Below are positions 1 through 13,229 of a stretch of DNA of 64,000 bases, piece after piece. This DNA is from Carcharhinus longimanus. Taxonomy: Eukaryota. Positions within the stretch are counted from its first letter, which is position 1, and each line of letters starts with the position of its first letter. The notes under the pieces were generated by a model. The model saw only the letters and a list, made by a program, of their open reading frames with translations. It was not told where the DNA came from and did not search any database. The position numbers and the translations under genes were made by a program. The stretch spans positions 41,583,786-41,647,785 of the forward strand of contig JASCQW010000162.1 of assembly GCA_030264375.1 (NCBI GenBank), in the 5' to 3' direction.

Positions 1-190
1 TCTTTGGATAATCTGAGGCAGAAGTGGATAGATTCTTGATAAGTAAGTGGAAGGGAGGGGAGTTGATAGGTTATCAGGAGCAAGTGGAATGCAGATTTGA
101 GGTCACTATCAGATCAGACATGATCTTAATAAATAGGGGGCAGGCTCAAGGGGTTGAACAGCCTACTCCTACTCTTGTTCGCAACATAGT
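1..190 (+). mobile_element. CR1/HER1-type LINE 3' end
   Basis: GATAGATTCTTGAT...ATCAGATCAGACATGATCTT...GCAGGCTCAAGGGGTTGAACAGCCTACTCCT matches the typical shark CR1 3' UTR; related copies at 6810-7210 and 48705-48956. Confidence 0.8.
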
Positions 191-614
191 TCTTAGAAAA
201 CCAGAGCCACAATTTGCTTTCTGATTGTGGAAATAGGTGGTCTTATTATTGGTATGGATGCCATAACTCCAACTAATGCTGTATTCCAAGGGGAATGCTT
301 ATTCCTACATCCAGATCTGGAAGCAACTTGTTTGTGCAGATCAGTAAAAATTGCTTTAACACCTGCCACATCACCCTCCTCGAGACTTGAAACAACGATA
401 GAAAGCATTAAATTGTAGCAAGTGCCAGAAGAAATCAGCCAGCAGCTAATCTGTAAATACTTGGTGATCCCTTTATTAGGCACTGGTGGGGGTTTACTTT
501 GTGTTGCTTAATGCATACTCAGTTGTGTATGTAGCAAGATAGAGTGTTAGCTGGTGTGTTTAGCTCTAAAATAACACCACTGGCATCAAATCAGTCTGTG
601 CTACATAATTCCAC

Positions 615-900
615 TAGATGTTAATTATGTCTGAAGTAATGCCTTCACCAAGATGGCATCTGTTATGACTCATGGCAGAAGTGTGTGCATATTTCTCAGT
701 CCATGTTGGTCCTCAAATGGCACCCATTGTGTCCAAGCAATGGGTGCTGCCAAGTGCAATTTGCATCATGTGGCTCTGCCCCCTCAGACCTGCAATGGAT
801 ATGCACAGGGTTATGTGTATATCACTGGAGTTCAGAAACATGTTGGTGCTCCAGCACTTAATCAGATGTGTACATGTCATAATGTCTGTGATCCAATGCT
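615..900 (+). mobile_element. Possible very old PIF/Harbinger transposase remnant
   Basis: Frameshifted pieces MSEV...MAEVC and IRCVHV loosely resemble the HARBI1-like motifs MSEEQCLRRLRL..V.ELC and IDCTHV. Heavily decayed. Confidence 0.3.
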
Positions 901-1419
901 CTGAATTTTGATTGGGAGAACCCAGTTGTGTGCAATGAGTATAAACTGACGGGCACAAGGGAGGCAGCATTACCTAATGCATCACCAATATTAACTACAG
1001 GTTAGGAACAGGACACGTTCTATTGCCATAAGTTTCTTAATCCTGAAAACTGTTGGCACTGACTACAACGCCAGTCATATCACAAAGTGCCTTTATTGTG
1101 AATGAATAATTGAATTGCTGGCTGCAAAGGCCAATTATTCAAGAGCAATCTGACACTACATTTGAGAACTCAAAGCTGAATTTATAGTATTATTCGTATA
1201 ACTCCTACAGACCTGCATCTAGGAAATCTACGGAATGAGGAAGCAGGCATGCTAGAAGGAGGGGTGGTTAGGTTACAGTGAGATTTAAGGACACAGAGAG
1301 TGAGAGACACAGAGAATAAGAATTTGGAAATCTCTAGGAAGCAACAGGGAAGGTTGGTGGGTGAGGATAGAAATGATAATAGATAGCAAGTCACCAATCA
1401 AGGTAATTTACAACTTAGG

Positions 1420-2526
1420 TCTTCTTTATATCGCTTGGTTCTATTTTTACCTATGTAATTGTAACCAGAGAATCACTTGCAATGGCTTCTCTTCCTGTTC
1501 CCTTCCTGGTATATTCCAAGGATATATCCTTGACCCCCTTTTATTTCTCAACTACATGCTTCATCTCGGTGACATCACCTGAAAACACAACTTCAGTTTC
1601 CACATGTACACCGATAACACCAGATTCTACTGGCCTACCTCCTCTCTCAACTCCATCATTGTCTGCAAATTATTAGACTGCCCGTCCAATGAGCGGAAAT
1701 TTGAATGTCTGACTGCGAGGTGAGAAGAAATTTCCTCCAATGAAATGCTGGGAAGCTTGAAGACAATGTTTTTGATCCCAGACAGAAACTCTGCTCCCTC
1801 GCCGCTGGCTCCATTCCTCTTCCTGACAACTGTCTGAGGCTGACAGACTGTTTGCAATCATGATGTCGCTTGATCCCAAGGTGAACTTCAGACCACATGT
1901 TGGTGCCATCATGAACAGTGCCCTTTTCTCCCCCTGTAATGTTGCTCGACTTTGCCCTTGCCTCAGTTTCATGCTGAAACTCTCATTCATGATTTTGCTA
2001 CTTTGAGACTGGACTATTTGATACACTCCTGTCAGTGATCCATGTTGTACACTCTGCAGCATGATGCTATCAAAAACTATCCTGTCTGTCCTAACTCACA
2101 CCAAGTCCAATTCCCCATCACCCCTGAGCCCCTAACCCACACTGGCTCTCAATATAGCAACGCCTTGAATTTAAAATTCTCACCCATGTTTTCAAATAAC
2201 TCTACGGCCTTGCTCCTCCCTGTATCTGTAATCTCTTCCAACCTTCAAACCCCCTGAGATATCTGCCTCTTGAGCATACCTGAATTTCATTTCTCCACCA
2301 CTGCCTTTAGCTGCGTGGACCCCAAGCTCTAGAATTCCTTCCCAAAAACTCTCCACCACTTTACCTCTCTTTCCTCCTTGAAGACAGTCCTCAAAGCCTA
2401 CCTCTGCCAGCAAGATTTTCATCATCTTATCAATATCTCATTATAGTGTCATATTTTCTTTTCGAATGTTCCTGTGAAGAATCTTGGATCATTAAAAACA
2501 TGATAGAAATACAAATTGTTGTGTTG
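1420..2526 (+). mobile_element. L2 LINE 3' fragment (RT C-terminus plus 3' UTR), degenerate
   Basis: GIFQGYILDPLLFLNYMLHLGDI resembles [31 protein letters not shown] resembles the YADD motif; ends AAATACAAATTGTTGTG (L2 tail). Confidence 0.9.
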
Positions 2527-4829
2527 ATTTAGTTATAGTAATTTCACCACTCCTGCGCCAACAGTGGCAAGTCACACTTGCAGGTCAGATGCAGGACCAC
2601 AATGTAGTATTGATTATTCTCAACCACACTCCCTTTGAGTACACTCTCCACTGGCAGATCAGTATTGGTGAATTTGCTCAAGTGTTTCCTTATTTGGGGA
2701 TGGCCATGCTCACAGAATATATGTGCCAAGAGGGAATATTTGTTCTGATTGGTTGAAAACAAATGGCACACAGCACCATCTTTCAGAGAAATAATTGGGG
2801 CACTTTTAGCACACATAATCAGCTGCTTGCCTGAGAGTTGTTGTTGTGGGCTCCATCCCATGAAATACATTAAGTGAGCAATTCTAATAATTGCTGTAAC
2901 TGGTACAGCATCTGCAAAAGCAACTCACAGCTGTATACTTGAGCGCGGTTGGCAAAGTGCCCCAGTTAATACCCTCTGCCCTAAACCAATCACTGGACTT
3001 TGTGTTACCAGCACACATTGCATGCAGGAACAGAGAGCATAACAAAATAGATTCCAGAACTAAGGGAGAATCGCTAACTTACGACTGAGTGAATAAGGTC
3101 CCTCTCCTAAGAGGGATAAATCAGTTACGTCATAAAATTATTTTCTGCCTAGAAACGATACTTGATTATAACAGCCTTACTACAGGCCTGTGAAAATAGT
3201 GCTCAGACAACAATGGTCTCTCCATTTAACCCTCCTCATTGTGTGTATAATTTACAACCAGGGAGACTGTTGTAATTCTTTCCTTCGTCATTGAACAAGC
3301 AATCCACCAACTTCCAGTACTCCGACTACAAGGATGAACAGAAAAGCAGTGCATCCTTCTTCATGGAGAATGAAAACAGCCTGTGCTCACTGCCCATTCC
3401 CTTATAACACTGCAATGACCAAAAAGACATTTTTGTGTTCTGAAGCAGTTTCTGAAAAATAGCTTCTGACACACTGACGGAAATATTTTTACACATGCGC
3501 GTTCATGCAAATCTTCATTTTCTGGTTTGTCAGTATTTATGTGATGGAGGAAAACAATAGGACTAATTCTGCAGCTCACTGGACATGTGTGATATCCATT
3601 GTGAATGCAGCAGTTGAATGCCAACTTCTGCACTTCATTTCATTTCTCAGTAAACACCAGATTAACCCCCAAATGTGAAAACCCTCAACCGTCTGGGCCC
3701 CTGTAGTGAACCTTCAACTTCGAACAGCCTTTCCACTGTGGACTGCACATGGGAGATTAGAAAGCTTTGTTCTGCCCCAAAACAGTCGTGCCTTTGGCTC
3801 AATACAATACTTTTGCAGAAGATTGCACTTAGCCACAAAACTTTCTTCATTCATCACTGAACAAAGGAAGCTGCAGCCCTTCAATTCACTGCCAGCAGCT
3901 GCTCCCTGCTGCACTCACATACACTCGGGAATAACTTTTAAAAAGACAACTAGCTACACAGGCTTCAGCAGGCACAACCAACAGCATACTAGCTGGTTTG
4001 GTTTTTTAATGAATACGAAGGCCTTTGTAAACCTCCCACTGTGTGTAGGTCCCAGCAATGAACAACGGAGGCGGCTGGTCTCACTGAACTGATCCAGTGT
4101 GCCCCACCTACAGATTCCCCCCTGAAAACTGTCGCTCCAGATGTCCAGTTAGTTCAAAGAAGCAGCACAGGAAAGGAAGAGAAACCAAGATGAGATTTTC
4201 CTGTTCATTAGCTGATTTATGCTAACGCACTGTTTGACAAGCATGCAGCTAAGGTGATGAGGCAATCTCCACCCACACACCACACCTCCCAGCATCTGCC
4301 ATATTCTCCAAGATGCCCTAATTAACATTTCAAGCAAATTGCATGCAGCAGTGTGTGAGGACAAATTAATTTATCCACAACATTTTCAAAAACATTTGTA
4401 GCAGTTTGGATTTGCTAAGTCAAACTAGCTTTGACCACACGCCGAATGGGCACAACTTGTTTGTACACTTTTGTCAATTTGTTCCTGATTAAATCATCTA
4501 TTCATTAAGAGTCAAGAGTTTCCAGCAACATTTTTTTCGTGCCATTCATTGTAATTCCCAAACCAGTTCTTCAAAAAAATTGTGAAGCCATTAACCAGCA
4601 GTAATCACATGTAAAAATCACTTCAAATGCAGCTAATCACGGTTCTCCAGCAAGTCTAAGAGAATTATAGTCTCTTGCAGAATTCAGTGCAGTGGAGAAT
4701 AAGAGCCACGGTCAAGTGGGTTGTGATTTATTCCTCCTGTGATGTGTGATAACGAAAGAATAAGAGCAACTAACTCACTCTAGAGCCACTTGTCAAAGGA
4801 AGGCATTACAAAACGATAAGCAGTTTTAA

Positions 4830-5286
4830 TTTTTTTAATTCATTCATGGGANNNNNNNNNNNNNNNNNNNNNNNNNNNNNNNNNNNNNNNNNNNNNNNNN
4901 NNNNNNNNNNNNNNNNNNNNNNNNNNNNNNNNNNNNNNNNNNNNNNNNNNNNNNNNNNNNNNNNNNNNNNNNNNNNNNNNNNNNNNNNNNNNNNNNNNNN
5001 NNNNNNNNNNNNNNNNNNNNNNNNNNNNNNNNNNNNNNNNNNNNNNNNNNNNNNNNNNNNNNNNNNNNNNNNNNNNNNNNNNNNNNNNNNNNNNNNNNNN
5101 NNNNNNNNNNNNNNNNNNNNNNNNNNNNNNNNNNGTTTCACTGTCATCAGTAGATTCTTAACTCCAGATTTTTTTTATTGAATTCAAATTCCACCATCTG
5201 CTGTGGCAGGATTAGAACCCGGGTCTCCGGAACAATAGCTGAGTTTTTGGATTAAATGTATAACAATAATACCAGTAGACCATCTC
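4830..5286 (-). mobile_element. tRNA-derived SINE (same family as 33768-34124 and 57222-57530), middle in N-gap
   Basis: Both gap flanks are reverse complements of the head (GGGTTCTAATCC B-box) and the tail (CCCATGAATGAATTAAAAAAA) of the copy at 33768. Confidence 0.8.
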
Positions 5287-5563
5287 ATTTCCATGTAAAG
5301 CAATGAGGTCAATTGTGATGAATGCTCTCTTTGCAGATCAATTTTAATTGTATGTTAATCAACTGTTCTTTTTACAGAACATTAATTTTTGTTTTGAAAC
5401 AATGAGAGCAACTAAGATCTAGTTCTACAGTGCCTGGATATCACTGAAGGAAGCAGCATTGACTCATCAGAGAGATATGCCATAATGCAGAAGGTGTTCA
5501 AAGGAAGTGCTATGTGGAGGGTAGGGAGTGAGGCTGTCCTGCCAAACTACGTAAGCACAAAAT

Positions 5564-5990
5564 GAGTTGGATTTTCTGGCTGGCATCTTAACCCCAACTT
5601 TGGGCCCAGGTGGAGATCTAGAGCTTGTTCATGTTACCAGTGAATCCTCTGGTGCAACCTTCCAGGAGGTTGCTGCCTCTGCGCTCACCATCTCAGACAG
5701 GGTGGGGGCTGTGTTCCTCACCATCTTATATAGGATGGTGGCGTGTTTGTGTTGCTGGAAATCCAGTCTGAGGGCCCGCAGCAATGTCAGGCAGCACCCT
5801 CTCTGGGCAGGTGACTTGGTGTCTAGCCCATCCATGGGAAAGTCTCCCTGAGGTCGGAATGCATCAGGAGAATCAGCAACACTGCTCCCCACCTCCAACC
5901 CCAATTCCACAGGGGCCTGGAACATCCAGCCTGGCTGTGCTATGGGTCACATCCTCCACATTCCCCTCCACCCTCCCCTGACTCCACTCC
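5564..5990. mobile_element. Harbinger-like non-autonomous DNA element remnant
   Basis: Starts GAGTTGGATTTT, a GGGCNGRATTTT-type terminus, with a GC-rich body like other such elements here. Right end not resolved. Confidence 0.4.
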
Positions 5991-6669
5991 TGCCATCCAA
6001 GCAAATGCGACGAAGGAGTCGACCATCTATTGGAGTATCTGCTTAGTATCTTACATTGTACAGTATAGTTCACACAAGATGCTGATGCTCAAAACAAGAC
6101 ACGAATTACAAAGCTAATACTTTCTAGGTGGATATTTTCATTCGTTTCTGGCAGATACATGTGTTGACCCACATCTTAATTCAGTACAGCAAGCTACTGG
6201 ATGTGCTGAATTTGTATCTAGTATTTATCTGTCTATATTAGATGACTCATGTGTGGCTGGAACCCACCCCAGGAATCGCACAACAGATGTATTGATATTT
6301 CAGTTTGCAGCATTTTGCTTTATGTTTGCCTTTTCCTTAATCATTATTTTGCTACTTGTTCTAAATGTTTCTAAATGTTCTGTTCTAAACAATCTCTATT
6401 TTCTGAATAAATACTAGTGGCAGTTTTACTTCGAGAAGGTGCAAGGGTGGTTGGTATCATAAAGGAAATGTCTACTGGCAAAGTATTGGAGGTTGGAACT
6501 TTAGCACAATGCTGGGCCTGTACTCTCCAGCTTTGCCATTATTCAATTTAATTAATGCTTTCAAATTTTACGCAGCAAAATTAATAAAAATCACTGATCC
6601 CAATAGGTCATTTCCAATGTTTTTGAATACAAAGGTTCACAATCTTTAAATTGGGCATTTGAAACATCT

Positions 6670-6766
6670 GGAGTGACATTCTATGGTCCCAGTGCAGTGG
6701 GCAGTAAAATGTGGTGAGGCATTCTAAAGTCTAGNNNNNNNNNNCGCCCCCATAAAATTCTGCTCC
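6670..6766. mobile_element. Short MITE (Harbinger-like)
   Basis: Terminal inverted repeats GGAGTGACATTCTATGG / CCATAAAATTCTGCTCC, CTG/CAG flanks; contains a 10-N gap. Confidence 0.6.
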
Positions 6767-6809
6767 AGGTGCTGTTTGGAACACAGGTGATACCAGGGCT
6801 TAAAAGCCT

Positions 6810-7210
6810 TAACTTATGAGACCAGGTTACTTAGAAGGTTGTGGGGAGAATTTCAGATGATAAAGGGATTTGATTAGGCAAAGACAGAAAAAAAATCACT
6901 TTGATGGGGGAATCCAGAACAAGAGGTCTTGATCTTAAAATTAGAACTTTGCTGTTGAACAAAATCAGGAAGAAGTTCTTCCACACAAAGTGGAATGGAT
7001 AGTTGGAACTTGTTTCCTTAAAAGGTTATAGATGTTGGATTAATCGAAGAGTCTAGATGCAAGACCACTAGGTTTTTGGTGGATAAGGCTATCATGGGGA
7101 ATGGAGCAAAGGCAAGCAAATGGGACTGCGGTAAAGATCAGCCATAGTCAAATTGCAAGGCTGAACTGGCTTGAGCAGTTGAATGGTCTGTTCCTTACCA
7201 CCACTTCTCT
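6810..7210 (+). mobile_element. CR1 LINE 3' fragment
   Basis: GGGGAATCCAGAACAAGAGG...AATCAGGAAGAAGTTCTTCCACAC...AGATCAGCCATAG, typical CR1 ORF2 end and 3' UTR. Confidence 0.75.
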
Positions 7211-7311
7211 CAAACCCTCCATTCTCTCTGATTTGCTATGTTGCTTGTCTGACATCAAGAATTCTGAGCATAAATTTTCTGTAACTAAATACCGGGAAGG
7301 CCAATCCCATT

Positions 7312-8120
7312 GGGTGGAATTCTCCCATTCCACACATGGTGGATTTGGTGATGGGCAGTAACAGAAAATCCAGCAGGAGCCAAAAAGTTAGATACCCACC
7401 GATGTAAAGTCACATTGCAGTTCTCCCAATGTCGGGTTGGTCTTCCTGCTAGCTAATGGCACGAACACCATTTGCATTCATTTGCATATCATAAATGCTC
7501 ATTAAAACATCTGCCGGTGGTGTCTCAAGAGGCCTTCCAATCTTGTGTCACACCAGCATGAAATTATGCTGATCGAAAGCGTGGTCCTCAGTTTGCAAGA
7601 GATTTTGAAGTGAGTGCACCAAATCCTTTCTGCCATCGTACTGCTTGCGCCTATTACGCTGTTTACCACTCTGCCACAGCAGACTGGTTCTTTGCTTCCA
7701 TCTACATGCCGACCTGGTCTTCATGGACAGCTTCATGCTACTAGGCCTATTGATCAGTACAGCGCCTGGGGTTGGTGAGTACAAGAGTCTCCTTGCCCTT
7801 GGTGCAGCACAGCATTTCTGAACACCACTGTGCTGTGTGACGCATGCAACTATCGCAAGAAAGGTCCAAAGTTTTGTCTGGGGTTGAGTGTGAGATGAGG
7901 AGAAGAGGGGTGCAGGCCTGATGAAGACAAGAGGGCAAGGTGGAAGGAGGGCTGTGTAAAGGAGGTGGCAGGTTTGATGAGGACTCATGATGCCAGGCCA
8001 AGGGGCAGGAAGGTGGATGAAGAAGATGAACAATGCAAGGCAGAGGGAAAACTGAGGGGAGGGAAGCTGGAATCTGACAACCCTACAAGAAAAGCTCACA
8101 AACCCGTGAGAATTTCAATG
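7312..8120 (+). mobile_element. Harbinger-like element with possible decayed Myb/SANT-like ORF
   Basis: GGGTGGAATTCTCCC left terminus; remnants HADLVFMD...AW...YRKK loosely resemble the Harbinger Myb/SANT motif FSDADL..L...AW...QCRKK. Confidence 0.45.
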
Positions 8121-8609
8121 CAACTTTAGAAGGAGGGATAATCAGAATTGACATTCGGGACACTAGTTTTAAAAATATTAATTTGCAGTTGCAAACTACT
8201 GACACTAATCAATAAATATTATGTTTAGTATCGTGGTATTGAAAATTGCATTTCGCGGCAGTGTTGTCACAGCACTTGTGCCAGAAGTGAAATTTGGCAC
8301 TCTGTGTATCCAACTACTTTCACTTCAGTCTGTTGTTACAGAATAACCTCTGCAAGGATGTATTTCTAGAAAAGATGAAAATAAAAATATGCAAAGTAAT
8401 TAAAACTGTCAGTTTTCCAGAAATGATCAATAATTCCTGTAGAGCATTTGTCATGCTTGATAACACGATTAGAAATTTAACATTGTTCCTGTAAATAATA
8501 GAAAGCTTCAGGCATTACCTACACTGATACCACTGAATTGTAATGGTTCCATATACTGTAAATCGATTGGATTGCTTAATGCATTGATCCATTTATTCTA
8601 CTGCAGTTC

Positions 8610-9490
8610 TTTGATGAGGACACGTCTGGAGTATTGTTCACAGTCTTGATCTCCTTTCCTGAGGAATAATATGCTTGTTTTTGAGGGAGAGTGATTAAGG
8701 TTCACTATACTGATTTTCAGGATGAGGGGATTATCTTACCTGGAGAGGTTATCTAGACTAGGCCTGAGAGTTTAGGGAGAATGAGAGGTGACCTCATTGA
8801 AAAAGATAAAAATTCTTAACAAGCTTGATATATTACAGTGCGGCACGGTGACACAATGGTTAGCACTGCTGTCTCACAGTGCCAGGGACCTGGGTTTGAT
8901 CCTTGGCTTGAGTCATTGTCTATGTGTAGTCTGCACATTCTCCCAGTGTCTGTGTGGGTTTCCTTCGGGTGCTCCAGTTTCTTCCTATAGTCCAAAAGAC
9001 GTGCTGGTTAGGTGCGTGGGCCACTCTAAATTCTCCCTTAATGTACATGAACAGCCACTGGAGTGTGGCGACTAGGGGATTTTATTTTCACAGTGACTAC
9101 ATTGCAGTGTTAATATAAGCCTACTTGTGACACTAATAAATAAACTTTAAACTATAGTAGGTGATGGGAAGATGTTTTCCCTGGATGGGAGTCTAAAAAC
9201 CAGGGGTCACAGCCTCAGACTAAAGGGTTTCCAATTCCGATTGTGTGAGGAAAAAAAATTTACTTGAAAGGGTTATGAAATTTTGGATTTCTCTACCACA
9301 GAGAATTGTGGCTATTCAGTTGCTGAGCATATTCAAGTCAGAGATTGATAAATGTTTGGGAACTAAAGGAATCAAGGAGGGCTGGGATGGAGATGGAAAG
9401 AAAGAGTTTAGGTAAAAGAATAGCCACAATCTTACGGAATGGCATGGCAAGCTCGAGGAACCAAATGATTTGTTCCTGTTTCTTATGTTC
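8610..9490 (+). mobile_element. CR1 LINE 3' fragment interrupted by an HE1-type SINE
   Basis: CTGGAGTATTGTTCACAGTCTTGATCTCC (LEYC.Q.WSP), ATGAGAGGTGACCTCATTGAA (RGDLIE); resumes after 9153 and ends GTTCCTGTTTCTTATGTTC. Confidence 0.8.
8838..9153 (+). mobile_element. HE1-type V-SINE, alternative-tail subfamily
   Basis: GCGGCACGGTGACACAATGGTTAGCACTGCTG head with A/B boxes, V-domain, tail GCCTACTTGTGACACTAATAAATAAACTTTA. Confidence 0.85.
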
Positions 9491-11309
9491 ATAATTGGTT
9501 CATGTGCCCTTTCCAGTTACTGTCCTGTAACTTACTGCTAAAAAGAAATGTATGCATGTGAAAATGGGGTGAAAACACAAATGTGCTTAGCTGGAATAAC
9601 CTCCCATGGCTCACTGTCTAGCCTTCCAAAGTGGGAAAAATATGGCCACACTGAGTGACGTTCCAGAGAGTGGCCAGCATCCGTGGAATCAGCATGGATA
9701 AGCATCTTCACACTAAGAGGAAAGAACTTGGATAGAAGAAGCACAAAGAGGAGGAAATGAGGAGTAGGTCCCAAAGCCTCTAATCGTCAAGCTGTGACAA
9801 AATTCCCTGAATATCCAGCATGGATAAGTCAGTTTTCTTCTCCGATCTTCTTTGGTTACTATGCCACATACCAGGAGATGAACAGAGCAAGAAAATTTCA
9901 CACTGGAATTACTCCAATCTAACAAAATCTTGGCTTACTACATATCAAACAGCAAACGTGTCAGTATTTGAAAGCTACTGAGCTCTTTTTTTACAAAGTT
10001 ATTGAAATTACTTGCTACAGGAAAAGTCAATTTCCTTAGGTACTTCTTGACAATGACAGCATGACTTCTAGTTAAAATGCTAAGTGAGGCATTTAGAAGA
10101 CACAAGAACAGATGGTGGAGATGGAATGACAAAGCAGAAATGGAAAATCTTGTGCTCTGAATTCCACCCAAAGCGTTTGTTAATTTTGAACACTAATTCC
10201 GTTCAAACTGAAAGGAATCATCACAAAGATTAATTTTAGTATGAATAGCAATATTGCAGACAAGGAGCTTTAACCTTTTACCTCAGGATATTTCTGTTTG
10301 GAATAAGCAACACATGCTGTCGTTCCCAATGATACTTGCATCCCGTAGACCTTAAATGTCTTCATAACTTGTAAAATAAAAGATATTTCCTATAGCCTAA
10401 TGCTAAAGGCCTCAGCCAGGGCAAAAGGCATAGTTGAAATTAACAACAGCACAAATCATACAACAGGTTATAAGGGAGAATTTGATTTCTTTCATTCATT
10501 CTTTTGAAAAATATATTATGGACTTATCTTTTCCTATATTAACAGCTGCAGAAATTTACATAGGTTTGTGGAATTGTACGATGAAGGCAGGTTTCAAAAG
10601 ATATCAGGACTATTTTCAACATTTCTTTGTTCCGGCTCAACTAAACTTACGTTGAAACAGGAAAAACACTCAAAAAATGTTTCCAAATGTAAGATCATTG
10701 AGGCATCACTGCACAGAAAATACAACTGCAATTGACAACTTCCCCCGTAAGATTTTTTTGATGCCTTTGCATAAGGACATATGTGATAGTATCTCTTGTA
10801 AACCCTTAGCAACCTGACAACCAACAACCTGCATCTTATGACGCGCCATCACTTGGTAATCTACTATGCTGGATGCAGTTTGCCACTGAAAAACAATCAT
10901 TGCTCATGTTGGTACAGACACAGATGCATGATTGATGACATATTCAGCTCGGATATGAAGTATTGATCAATCCATTAGATCACTGGAAGACAGAAGCCAA
11001 CATTTTCGTCTGGAGTAAATACATTTTTTGTGTATAACTGATGGCATTTGGCAAATCAACACAGCAGTCAGTCACTCAGTCATACTGTTTGACCTTTGTA
11101 GATGAGAATGACGCCCGGATCAGGACCAGAATAGAGCAATAGCTTGTGATGAAGACCACATTCAGAATATATCACAAAGCAATCATACATAACAAAAAGC
11201 AAGAAGTATCTTAATTCATCCTTCCGGAAGCACTCCATTGTACCATTGCTGCATCCTTCATTTGTCAATGATCCCAAATCGTTTTGCCTTCATTATTCTA
11301 TTTGAGAGA

Positions 11310-11910
11310 TAGTTTCAGGTGTTAATTATCCCGTATTAAAAATAATTTCCAGGTATCAATTGCAAATTTGCCTTTTATTAGTTTGATCCCATGTTTCCTG
11401 TCATACTCATAAATTTAAATAACTTTCTCAAATACTTGATTATCTCACATTTTTTATGTGATCACTTATCAGGTTTCTCCTGGCTGAAAATTTTGTTTGT
11501 CCTCATTACTCAGGCCTTTTGGATATAATCAGCCTTGTGGCTCTTCTCCACACCACCTCCAGTGTTTGAATTTCTCCCTTGTTTCTTAGCAACCAGAACT
11601 GGATACTGCATTTAAGAATATCTGACCAGAGCACTGTACAATTTGTTTTACAGTTTTATGTATTATTTATGTACTATTATTATGTGTTATTTTACAGTTT
11701 TAGCAATTTTGTTCAACATTTTACAGGCTTAGTTCATTGCTGCTCGACATTTTAGTCTGCATATTTGATACTGAAACTACAAAGAGTTGTAGATCACTTC
11801 AACTTCATTCTTAGCTATTTCAACTCATGTAGTAGGCATATTGCTTTTTCCTTCTCAAGTGCAGTATTTTATATTCGTCTGCATCAAATTCCGTTGTTCA
11901 TTCTTCTTCA
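11310..11910 (-). mobile_element. Old CR1-like LINE fragment
   Basis: Reverse strand GCAGTATCCAGTTCTGGTTGC (C.QFW.P) and TGTGGAGAAGAGCCACAAGGCTGAT (RRATRL). Confidence 0.6.
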
Positions 11911-12953
11911 GATTTAGTTTGTGTAGCTTTTTGTTAATAATTATCAAACACAGTAACATTACAAATTGGAGCGAACCATTACACCTCTTCTGACCTGCTC
12001 AGCTGTTCAATTTGCTCAAGAGCTGATTAGCATCATCTCACTTTTGCTCTATATTCCTTGGACCCTTACTAAACGACTGCTTAAAATCCTGCCAGACAAC
12101 GTCAGATTTTCTGCTGCTTCAAAGACTAATCCAGCCAAGAGCTAGCCATTCACCATAAGCATGTATTTGAAATGGGAGTGGTTGCAGTGGTACCACCAGC
12201 ATTGTCCTACCATCAGAATGAGATGTTTGCTGCAACTAAAATAGCTCAAAGATTGTGATGATAGAGATCAACAACCTTTTAAAAGAAATAAATCTCCACG
12301 AGACCAATGGATTGAAAACCAATGGACAAGATTTCACTTTTAAAAAATTTTACTGTGCCACATAAAGTGAATTATATCAAACATTATTTAACAGACAAAT
12401 GATACCTCAAAAGAAAAGGTAGATTTCACTTTAAATAGCCAATATGATGCACAGAACTACAAGCACCCAACTTCCTTGTCCACCAGCATATATTGCATTA
12501 AACTCAGCTAATAAGTCTCACAGGCCTCTATATCCCAGTTGGAGATTCCTTTACTCATTCAGGAAGTAGGCTCAAAGTCCCTTCAGAGAGCAGTCTCACC
12601 ACATCGGATTTCCATATGCTCCCAAAAGGCATGTCTTTCCCAGCTTTAATGCTTAGAACTCGCCTTTTTGGTTTCCTTTGCTATCAGACATGTCGTCCCA
12701 CCTCAGCTGCCTTACATGCAGTTTCACATGACCTATTCTCAGAGACTTCTCTCTGCTTCTTCACCAGGATCAATGTCTGTGTCTTTGTTCTCCACATGTG
12801 TCCTACTCTAAGCTGTAATTCAATATCCCAATTAGCTTTATTAGCTTTTTGTTTGAGCTTCCATCTCCATAGTAACCTCAGCCAGAGTTTAAGCAGTTGA
12901 ATGGCCTCATTGCCAGAATTATCTCAGTTTCACTTTCAATTTCAAAGGACCTT

Positions 12954-13229
12954 CATGGAATCATAGAAACTTTACAGTGCAAAAGAAGGCCATTTGGCCC
13001 ATCGAGCCTGCACTGACAACAATTCCACCCAGGCCCTATCGCTGTAACCCCACATATTTACACTGCTGATCCCTATGACAGTAAGGGTCAATTTGGCATG
13101 GCCTATCAACTTAATCCGCACATCTTTGAACTATAGGAGGAAACGGAACACCCAGAGGAAACTCACACAGACACAAGGAGTACATGCAAGCTCCACACAG
13201 ACAGACAGTCACCCAAGGCCAGAATTGAA
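12954..13229 (-). mobile_element. HE1 SINE, 5'-truncated, canonical tail
   Basis: CATAGAAAC..TACAGTGCAAAAGAAGGCCATTTGGCCCATC is the reverse complement of the HE1 tail; V-domain present. Confidence 0.85.

Noticed and set aside
2551-2568. CTCF-like TGCGCCAACAGTGG
   Set aside because: Spacing is one base short of the core motif.
3300-3407. Short frame QSTNFQYSDYKDEQKSSASFFMENENSLCSLPIPL* as a terminal exon
   Set aside because: No recognisable homology, weak acceptor and no supporting upstream exons.
7548-8099. 183-aa ORF, the longest without Ns
   Set aside because: No recognisable domain; antisense to a purine-rich tract in a Harbinger-like element.
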